DNA of 64,000 nucleotides from Guillardia theta CCMP2712 (Eukaryota > Protista > Cryptophyta): positions 638,188 through 702,187 of the forward strand of contig NW_005434671.1 of the NCBI RefSeq assembly GCF_000315625.1, read 5' to 3'. The translations under genes were made by a program, and so were the position numbers. The notes beneath the pieces are model-generated. The model did no database searches, was not told the origin of the DNA, and worked only from the letters and a program-made list of their open reading frames with translations. This document shows positions 1 to 9,015 of this stretch, piece after piece. Positions within the stretch are counted from its first letter, which is position 1; each line of letters begins with the position of its first letter.

Positions 1-130
1 CCTCCTCCTCCTCCTCCTCCTCCTCCCTCCTCCCTCCTCCCTCCCCTCCCCTCCCCTCCTCCTCCTCCCTCCTCCCTCCTCCCTCCTCCCTCCTCCCTCC
101 TCCCTCCTCCCTCCTCCCTCCTCCCTCCTC
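1..130. repeat. (CCT/CCCT)n pyrimidine microsatellite
   Basis: Pure C/T tract built from cct and ccct units at the window start. Confidence 0.95.
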
Positions 131-560
131 GCTTAGCATCTCTCATGCAACTCCAGCTCCTGGTCAACCCCAAAGGTTGCAAGACTTCTGAGCGCGCTGC
201 AACTGCTGGGCGTGTCCTCGCGCGAAGGTGATGAAGATATTGTGGATGAGGATGAGAAAGGAAGGAGCGAGGGAAAGCGAGAGGGACCAGGCAGGCAGGC
301 GTGAGGCGCGAGGAGGAGCGAGTTGCCATCAGTCTGCCCAGTCACCGGCATCGCAGGTCTGCTCGCCACCTGGCGCGAAGATCCCAAGGCGCTCCTGGCA
401 GAGGTCTCGCTATGGGTGAGGAAGGAGAACCGCAAGACGTTGGGTGAGCCGCGCGCTGCTCTCGCTTCCTCTCACGTTGCTCAGAGGGCCTGTGGCCTCC
501 CATAGAGGAGCCGTCAAGCTCGTCGCTACAGGGAAAAGAGAGAAGGTGAAGCGAGGCAGC

Positions 561-744
561 TGTAAACTATGTCAATGATCAGTTATTAGCTAAACGACAC
601 AAAACATAAAATTTCAAAATTCTAAATTTTCCGTCGAAATTATGGATCATGGCAGACCCACAAGCCAATATTTCCTTGTGTCTGACTCGTACTTGATCCT
701 TTCCATGAAGAACAGGTTGAAGTATAACCAGACCCATGTGTGAT
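561..744 (-). ncRNA. Candidate Fanzor omegaRNA scaffold / element right end
   Basis: It lies immediately 3' of the Fanzor stop codon, where TnpB/Fanzor guide RNAs are encoded. It contains a nested stem-loop at 644-699 (GGATCA/TGATCC, CAGAC/GTCTG and ACAAG/CTTGT pairs). AT-rich sequence switches abruptly to GC-rich host-like DNA at ~560. Confidence 0.55.
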
Positions 745-1612
745 TCAAGGCCGTTTCAGAGAATCCGGTCGTGCTGGTAGAGACATGTAGCACAATAGAA
801 TATTCATAGCAGCATTGACATCACGAGACTTGATACGGTTTTGAAAACAATTGGTGGATCTGCACCATTTCAAACCCCGCACCACTGACACTTCGTCAGC
901 GAGTATACCATTCTTGTTGATTTGTTTGCGTCTCAAATCATACAATTCTTGATGACATTGATTGCAACATTTTGTCGTTCTGTATTCATCAACTGCCGTC
1001 ACCTCGAAGAAGTTCTGACATCGCCTTTTGATCCACTTTACAGGCACTGACTTCTCTGCACGCCCAGTACAACCGAATGATGCTTCAGATCTGAACCATT
1101 ACCTTTCATCTTGTTGCAGAACGTATCAATCGCCTTGTGTTTGTGGATGTAGTTATCCATCTTCAGGCGTGCGAACTTGTTTTGACGATTGTGTTCGAAC
1201 AGGATCTCGCTTAGTCTCACCACGGTGTCGATGTATCTTTCATAGTGATCCAACCGAGACGTTTTTGCTGACACTCGTGCAATATCGTTTGATGCTTCTG
1301 TTTGCCTTGTCTCCATTTTTCTAACTTCGCGTTATTCCGAGTAATATGAGACTCATGATAGTACTGCCTTCGAGTATATCGATACTGTTTTGGTTTTTCT
1401 TGACCAGGTATTTGCTCGACACCGCATATCAGTACACTGCGACCAGGATCGATTGCAATAACTCGTCTTGAGGACACATCACATTCACTTGGTTTGCTTT
1501 TCTTTGTAGCAGTATTGTCTGTCTTATGTTGTATTCTCTTCTTGAACGTCACACAGAGTGCGACCCCGTCAGTCTGTATGCTATCAACTGTCCCTTTCTT
1601 TCTCAAATTTGA
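745..1612 (-). pseudogene. Fanzor (Fanzor1-type, TnpB-family RNA-guided RuvC endonuclease), C-terminal half, frameshifted and 5'-truncated
   Basis: Three overlapping minus-strand ORFs (1217..1606, 1038..1316, 745..1047) join into a Fanzor/TnpB C-terminus. Motifs in order: IQTDGV; RuvC-I VIAIDPGR; YTRRQYYHES; ASFGCTGRAEKSVPVK; RuvC-II VDEYRTTK; zinc ribbon CCNQC...CRSTNC; RuvC-III RDVNAAMNI. Frameshifts lie near 1305 and 1082. The region has no introns and is more AT-rich than the flanks. Confidence 0.9.
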
Positions 1613-2719
1613 TTATAGCTTCACCACCGACAAGAATCGCTTATGCTTTTCTTCCAGCCTCAGCTTCATGGTGGAGGCGCTCCTGTCTGGTGGAGGCTGG
1701 AGGCGCTCCTGTCTGGTGCGAGGCGCATGACGCCCTTGCGGGCGCAAGCACTTCTCGAGCCAGAGGACAGCTCCTCCTCGGACTTTGTCGAGTCGCCCGA
1801 GGAGTCTTCGCCGGAGGTCTCCGACTCCGATGGGGGAAACATCCAGAGTGGAGCCGACGCGCCCACTGTGACGTCGGATGCCTTCGGAGAGCTTGACACC
1901 ACTGGGGTGCTTGCTGCTGGTCCGAGCTCGCCTGCCCCCGATGCCGCACAGCCCCGGTCCCTGGGCATTGATGCGGCGTCGCTGCCGTCACGGGTGGTGT
2001 TGGTCTCGGCTACCGCTGACTCGGAGGCTAGTGAGGAGGACTGGATGCGTCACCTCGAGCGGGTGTCCAGCCTCCCTCTGTCCGCTGCCCCCGGCGGACC
2101 CCCGGGCAGCGCCGGCTCCTTGTCGGCGGCTGCCCTTTCTCCGTCCGCGGCCGCCAGCTTTGCGGTGGCGGCCGCGGACGTCTCGACTGACAGTGGTCAG
2201 TCGGATGCCTCCGGGTATCGCGTCTAAGGGAGTTTCATCTCGGACGTCCCCATGCTCCTGCTGCTTGTTACCCCTCCTACCGACTGTTGCTTGACCCTCC
2301 CTGCTTGTCTGCGCGGCTTCGCGCGTGGGCTGGCGGCGCGTGGGCTGGCGGTGTCGCTTTGACCTCTCTGTCCACGTGCCGGGTCTGCTGACAGTTGCCA
2401 GCAGTGCTGGTTACTTTTGGTCTTGTTTTGTTGTGTGTGTTTGTGCAGCTTCTCGCTGTGCGCTGTGTGCATGCAGGTTTAGCTTGTTCCTGCTTTGTTC
2501 TGCTTGAGGCACTTTTTACCTTCTGCGAGTGAAACTTCCTCCTTCTGCGAGTAAACATTCTCTACATTGGGCACAGGAGCATGGTACGGCTCGAGGTGAC
2601 GCATCCAGTCCTCCTTACTAGCCTCCTCCGGTTACAAATCTTCGTCGTCCGGCTGCTATGCCTGATGACGCAGGACGCCCCCCGGCATATGTCACAGAGT
2701 ACACATACCTGGACTTGGT

Positions 2720-3813
2720 TTGCGCGCTCTCGTCGACTTGTCTCATGAGCACTTCATTCCTCCGCCTGCGCAGCGCAATGTGACTCCTCTTGTCATGCGC
2801 GTCTTCCCTCGCCATGTGCATGCTCGCGCTGCGCTGACCGATCAGCAGCGTGATATCCTCACCTTGCACAGCCGCAGGACACACTCGCTCAAGTCGCAGG
2901 ATAGGGTCTTGCAGTCTACCATCTTCGCTCATTTTCCTGAGCGAGACCTGAGCCACTCTCCGATGCGAGTCTCGAGCTACTACCCCCTCAAGGCCTTCCC
3001 GCACCGCTATGCTCAGATGCTCGACTGCTATCTCCATGGCATTCCGATCTGCCAGTGTCCGACGGAATGTGATGGATGTCAGCGCGAGCTCGATCCCTCC
3101 GTTGCTGCACATCATCTCCAGACCTGCAAACGCCGATCCTCCAAGCTTCCCACGGCGCATGACAACTGGGCCTTACTCGTACGATTCGGTCGATGCTGAA
3201 CGAAGCTGGTCTTCAAAGCGTCATCGATACAGTGGGGGATCCTCGTTCTCGACGGCAGGTACCCTCCCATCCTCATGGCCGCAAGATGAAGGGCGATATC
3301 CACATCCCTGGAATCCGCGATCGAGGGTCCGAGCAGTACGAGGGCTTGATGGCGGACGTGACGTTGGTCCACCCTTACATTGGTAGCTCTGCCGACCTGA
3401 CCAAGTGGGGGGAGGTCAACCTCGACGCCCTCCATGTTGCAGCGTCTGAGAAGATTCGCAAACATCGCGCTGCATATGCCATGACTACTCCTCCTCGAGC
3501 GTTCATCCCTCTTGCCATCTCGACGGACGGTACCCTGCATCCTGACACCCTCCGCTTCATCTGGTATCTCGCGGACATCATTGCTCAGCGCTCAATGCCT
3601 CTTGAGGATGCGGCGTTTGGTCGGCACTTCGTGCCTGATGACGGACCTGCTGCTGAGGTCTTGGCTCGCAAACGCGCCGCCACCTATCAGCGCCTCACCA
3701 TGCAGCTGACGCTGGAGGCGCTCTTGTCTGGTGCGAGGCGCATGACGCCCTTGCGGGCGCAAGCACGATGGGGGACACCCTTCGAGTGGCGCCGACGATC
3801 GGCGCGGCTGTGA
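2720..3813 (+). pseudogene. Non-LTR retrotransposon ORF fragment: CCHC zinc knuckle + restriction-like PD-(D/E)xK endonuclease; RT domain absent
   Basis: CDGC...HHLQTCKR...HD is followed, after a frameshift near 3170, by KGDIHIP...ADVTLVHP...AASEKIRKH...FIPLAISTDG...FIWYLA. This is the motif order of the RLE domain in CRE-clade elements. Confidence 0.85.
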
Positions 3814-4550
3814 CGTCGGGTGCCTCCGGAGAGCTCGACACCACTGGGGTATAGGATTTACTGGGGTGCTTGCTGCTGGTCCGAGCTCGCCTGCTTCCTC
3901 CCCGGCATCGGTCGGGTCACGCCGGTCCTTGGGCATTGCCGCGGCGTCGCCGCCGTCAAGGGCGGCTACCACTGACTCGGCTACCGCTGACTCGGAGGCT
4001 AGCGAGGAGGACTACCTCGAGCGGTACCGTGTTCCTGTGTCACCAGCCTCCCTCGGCTGCCTCCGGGTATCGCGTCTAAGGGATTTTATTCCTCCTGCAT
4101 GCTCCTGCTGCTTGTTGCTTGATTGCTTGACCCTTAGGCTGCTTGTCTGCGCGGCTTCGCGCTTGGGCTGGCGATGCCGCGTCTGGGTGCCAGCAGTGCT
4201 GGTTCTTTTCGGGCTTGTGTTTTGTGTGTGTTTGTGCAGCTTCTCGCTGTGGACTGTGTGCCTGCCGGTTCAGCTTGTTCCTGCTTTGTTTTGCTTGAGG
4301 CACTTTTTACCTTCTGCCAGTAAATCATATACCTCGCGTCTAGATAGATGGTACGCGGAGCTGGCGAGGCGTCTCCGTCCCTCACTGTGACGTCGGGTGC
4401 CTTCGGAGAGCTCGACACCACTGGGGTGCTTGCTGCTGGTCCGAGCTCGCCTGCTTCCTCCCCGGCATCGGTCGGGTCACGCCGGTCCTTGGGAATTGCC
4501 GCGGCGTCGCCGCCGTCACGGGCGGCTACCACTGACTTGGTTACCGCTGA

Positions 4551-5514
4551 CCCGAGCAGTACGAGGGCTTGATGGCGGACGTGACGTTGGTCCACCCTTA
4601 CATTGGTAGCTCTGCCGACCTGACCAAGTGGGGGGAGGTCAACCTCGACGCCCTCCATGTTGCAGCGTCTGAGAAGATTCGCAAACATCGCGCTGCATAT
4701 GCTATGACTACTCCTCCTCGAGCGTTCATCCCTCTTGCCATCTCGACGGACGGTACCCTGCATCCTGACACCCTCCGCTTCATCTGGTATTTGGCGGACA
4801 TCATTGCTCAGCGCTCGATGCCTCTTGAGGATGCGGCGTTTGGTCGGCACTTCGTGCCTGATGACGGCCCTGCTGCTGAGGTCTTGGCTCGCAAACGCGC
4901 CGCCACCTATCAGCGCCTCACCATGCAGCTGACGCTGGAGGCGCTCTTGTCTGGTGCGAGGCGCATGACGCCCTTGCGGGCGCAAGCACTCCTCGAGCCA
5001 GAGGACAGCTCCTCCTCGGACTTTGTCGAGTCGCCCGAGGAGTCTTCGCCGGAGGTCTCCGACTCCGATGGGGGAAACCCTTCGAGTGGCCCCGACGATG
5101 GGCGCGGAGCTGGCGACTCGGAGGCGTCTCCGTCCCTCACTGTGACGTCGGGTGCCTCCGGAGAGCTCGACACCACTGGGGTGCTTGCTGCTGGTCCGAG
5201 CTCGCCTGCTTCCTCCCCGGCATCGGTCGGGTCACGCCGGTCCTTGGGAATTGCCGCGGCGTCGCCGCCGTCACGGGCGGCTACCGCTGACTCGGCTACC
5301 GCTGACTCGGAGGTATAGCGAGGAGGACTACCTCGAGCGGTACCGTGTTCATGTGTCCAGCCTCCCTCCGTCCGCTGCCCCAGGCGGACCCCCGGGCAAC
5401 GCCGGCTCCTTGTCGGCGGCTGCCCTTTCTCCGTCCGCGGCCGCCCGCTTTGTGGCGGCAGCGGACGTCTCGACTGACAGTGGTCAGTCGGCTGCCTCCG
5501 GGTATCGCGTCTAA
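4551..5514 (+). pseudogene. Second copy of the RLE C-terminus plus low-complexity tail
   Basis: 4551-4988 is near-identical to 3328-3766. The frame runs on into an Ser/Ala/Asp-rich tail, which is broken at ~5314 by a small TATAG-creating indel and would otherwise end at GYRV* (5514). Confidence 0.85.
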
Positions 5515-7934
5515 GGGATTTTCTTCCTCCTGCATGCTCCTGCTGCTTGTTGCTTGATTGCCTGACCCTTAGGCTGCTTGTCTGCGCGGCTTCGCGCTTG
5601 GGCTGGCGATGCCGCGTCTGGGTGCAAGCAGTGCTGGTTCTTTTCGGGCTTGTGTTTTGTGTGTGTTTGTGCAGCTTCTCGCTGTGGACTGTGTGCCTGC
5701 CGTTTCAGCTTGTTCCTGCTTTGTTTTGCTTGAGGCACTTTTTACCTTCTGCCAGTAAATCCTATACTCCTCGCTAGCCTCCGAGTCAGCGGTAGCCGAG
5801 TCAGCGGTACCGTGTTCATGTGTCCAGCCTCCCTCCGTCCGCTGCCCCAGGCGGACACCCGGGCAGCGCCGGCTCCTTGTCGGCGGCTGCCCTTTCTCCG
5901 TCCGCGGCCGCCCGCTTTGTGGCGTGGTCAGTCGGCTGCCTCCGGGTATCGCGTCTAAGGGATTTTCTTCCTCCTGCATGCTCCTGCTGCTTGTTGCTTG
6001 ATTGCTTGACCCTTAGGCTGCTTGTCTGCGCGGCTTCGCGCTTGGGCTGGCGCTGCCGCGTCTGGGTGCCAGCAGTGCTGGTTCTTTTCGGGCTTGTGTT
6101 TTGTGTGTGTTTGTGCAGCTTCTCGCTGTGGACTGTGTACCTGCCGGTTCAGCTTGTTCCTGCTTTGTTTTGCTTGAGGCACTTTTTACCTTCTGCCAGT
6201 AAATCCTATACGTACACATAGGATTTACTGGCAGAAGGTAAAAAGTGCCTCAAGCAAAATAAAGCAGGTGGTAATGGATTTGTCTTGGCTCACAAACTCG
6301 CCGCCACCGATCAGCGCCTCACTATGCAGCAGCAATGGATTTACTGGCAGAAGGGAAAAAGTGCCTCAAGCAAAAAAAAGCAGGAACAAGCTAAACCTGC
6401 AGCTGACGCTGGAGGCGCTCTTGTCTGGTGCGAGGCGCATGACGCCCTTGCGGGCGCAAGCACTTCTCGAGCCAGAGGACAGCTCCTCCTCGGACTTTGT
6501 CGAGTCGCCCGAGGAGGAGTCTTCGCCGGAGGTCCGAGTCCGACTCCGATGGGGGAAACTTCCAGAGTGGCGCCGACGACCGGCGCGGAGCTGGCGAAGC
6601 GTCTCCGTCCCTCACTGTGACGTCGGGTGCCTCCGGAGAGCTTGACACCACTGGGGTGCTTGCTGCTGGTCCGAGCTCGCCTGCTTCCTCCCCGAAATCC
6701 ATTCCTTCCGGCATCAGTCGGGTCACGCCGGTCCTTGGGCATTGATGCGGCGTCGCCGCCGTCAAGGGCGGCTCCCGCTGACTCGACTGACAGTCATATA
6801 GGATTTACTGGCAGAGACAGTGGTCAGTCGGCTGCCTCCGGGTATCGCGTCTAAGGGATTTTCTTCCTCCTGCATGCTCCTGCTGCTTGTTGCTTGATTG
6901 CTTGACCCTTAGGCTGCTTGTCTGCGCGGCTTCGCGCTTGGGCTGGCGATGCCGCGTCTGGGTGCCAGCAGTGCTGGTTCTTTTCGGGCTTGTGTTTTGT
7001 GTGTGTGTGTGTGCAGCTTCTCGCTGTGGACTGTGTGCCTGCCGGTTCAGCTTGTTCCTGCTTTGTTTTGCTACGTTATAGGATTGAGGCACTTTTTACC
7101 TTCTGCCAGTAAATCCTATGTCTCTCTTAGGCCCTGTATAGGATTTACTGGCAGAAGGTAAAAAGTTCCTCAAGCAAAACAAAGCAGGAACAAGCTGAAC
7201 TGGCAGGCACTGCTTTGTTTTGCTTGAGGCACTTTTTACCTTCTGCCAGTAAATCCTATACTCCTCGCTAGCCTCCGAGTCAGCGGTAGCCGAGTCAGCG
7301 GTAGCCGCCCGTGACGGCGGCGACGCCGCAGCAATGCCCAAGGACCGGCGTTTGCTTGAGGCTACTTTTACCTTCTGCCAGTAAATCCATTGTGGCGGCG
7401 TGACCCGACTGATGCCGGGGAGGAAGCAGGCGAGCTCGGACCAGCAGCAAGCACCCCAGTGGTGTCAAGCTCTCCGGAGGCACCCGACGTCACAGTGAGG
7501 GACGGAGACGCCTCGCCAGCTCCGCGCCGGTCGTCGGCGCCACTCTGGAAGTTTCCCCCATCGGAGTCGGAGACCTCCGGCGAAGACTCCTCGGAGATAT
7601 AGGATTTACTGGCAGAAGGTAAAAAGTGCCTCAAGCAAAACAAAGCAAGAAGGAAACATAGGATTTACTGGCAGAAGGTAAAAAGTGCCTCAAGCAAAAC
7701 AAAGCAGGAACAAGCTGAACCGGAGCTTCTGGAGATGGCTCGCCCTCACCAGCGTCTTGAACATGAACAGCAACAAAAGCGGTGTACTTGCTCCCCCCCG
7801 ACCTTGCAATGATGGATCGTATGCCAGCCGTGCCAGTCAGATAGCGCCGAGTTAACAAAACTCTCCTGCCGGTTCAGCTTGTTCCTGCTTTGTTTTGCTT
7901 GAGGCACTTTTTACCTTCTGCGAGTAAATCCTAT

Positions 7935-8256
7935 AAAGCTGTAAACCAAGACGACTTACTTGTTTCAAGGCGGCCATGTAGCGTGTGGGACGAAGTGGGG
8001 GCTTTCCTAGCCGTCTTGCTAAGGTCCTCTCATGTCTGGATGCTTGGGTTCACATCCTAGCATACGGAAATAGTGGATACAGTCTATCTCTCATGTGCTC
8101 CTCAATTCTGGTTTCGTGTGCATTAAACTCGGTCTGCAAAAATTGTCTTTCAACAACCAAGGTCGATGTGATGTCTGCGTGACTTTGGCAAAGTACAAGC
8201 CTAACAAACTTGTGCTCCGTCATGCAAACTATGACCCAGTGAGTCACTAGTTTACA
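7935..8256 (-). mobile_element. Possible left end of the Fanzor-carrying element with a short degraded ORF
   Basis: AT-richer than the DNA that follows. TAGTTTACA (8248-8256) is the inverted copy of TGTAAACTA (561-569). A minus-strand ATG at 8223 opens MTEHKFVRLVL... No clear TSD is visible. Confidence 0.35.
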
Positions 8257-8619
8257 CGCATAAGGTAAAAAGTGGGCACCGTGCTGCAGCGTCGTCGCCG
8301 TCAATGGCGGTCTCGGTCTCGGCTGCGGCGCTGCGCCCCGGCTGAGGACAGTGTGGAGGACTGTTTGCTTTCTCAATGGCCCGGAGCGGCGGTACCGTCA
8401 GCATGCCGGTCCAGCCGCGGCTCCATGTGTCGAGTCCCGTTGCTCCAGGCGGCCCCCGGGTTGAAGGGCAGCCGCCGACAACGAGCCGCGCTGCAAACGT
8501 GGCAGCGGCCCAGTCGGCTGCCCCGGCCCGGCGATATTTAAGTTGTCTACGTGGCTTGCCGCGTGGGCTGGCCGCCGAGCCTGTGTAGCCTACACTCGGG
8601 GTACGGTCTGGTCCGAGTC

Positions 8620-8820
8620 GCCAGCAATGCTGGTTACTTTCGGTGTAATCCCGCCAGTCACGACCTCAAAGTGAAGAAGCTGAGTCTTGAGACGCCGCTC
8701 GTCTCATGAGCCTGGCACAGTGTGACTTCATTCCTCTGCCGGCCTGCGCAGCGCAAACTGTCGCGGCCCGGTAAGTTTCTTGAGCGGGACCTGAGCCACT
8801 CTCCGATCATGCCGCGTGTG
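8620..8820 (+). mobile_element. Older degenerate remnant of the same CRE-like element
   Basis: Patches match 2398-2420 (CCAGCA.TGCTGGTTACTTT), 2740-2778 (GTCTCATGAGC...ACTTCATTCCT...GCCTGCGCAGCGCAA) and 2937-2963 (TGAGCG.GACCTGAGCCACTCTCCGAT). Confidence 0.6.
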
Positions 8821-9015
8821 CAGGCTTCTGGTTCGCTTCCCGGAGGCAGCCGACCCATGGGCCCTGACCCACCGTCACTGTGCACTGCGGCATGGCATGA
8901 TGGCACAGATGATGGCACGATAGGCACTAGGGGTTGGCCCGTCTCTGTCAGATCGAACTCCAAGGTGGTCTACCGGTTTCGCGGTACACGAGGCTTGTTG
9001 GTTCCCTCGCCATGA

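Larger units (their letters stand above)
1615..7934 (+). mobile_element. Cluster of nested, 5'-truncated and partly inverted copies of a CRE-like (RLE-type) non-LTR retrotransposon
   Basis: The same 3' segment (ORF tail ...GYRV*, ~250-330 nt UTR, terminus GAGGCACTTTTTACCTTCTGCCAGTAAATCCTATA) ends at ~2555 (diverged), 4330, 5766, 6210, 7119, 7260, 7390 and 7934. Inverted pieces lie at 5767-5810, 6218-6268, 6337-6400, 7137-7210 and 7261-7722. Confidence 0.85.

Noticed and set aside
133-540. Protein-coding exon(s) left of the Fanzor element
   Set aside because: It looks like host-type sequence, but I see no recognisable motif and cannot fix a frame or strand.
2655-2700. Hammerhead ribozyme core (CTGATGA)
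   Set aside because: There is no following stem II + GAAA and no closing helices. The same applies to the CTGATGA at ~3636 and ~4858.
5730-7934. CRISPR-like array (constant ~35-nt repeat with variable spacers next to a Cas12-related nuclease)
   Set aside because: The repeats occur in both orientations at irregular spacing. Nearly all spacers are pieces of the same retroelement, and the repeat is that element's 3' end.
7937-7948. GCTGTAAAC matching 559-567 as a target-site duplication
   Set aside because: The first copy lies at or inside the presumed Fanzor element end rather than flanking the retroelement insertion point (~1613), so it does not fit a TSD. It may be chance.
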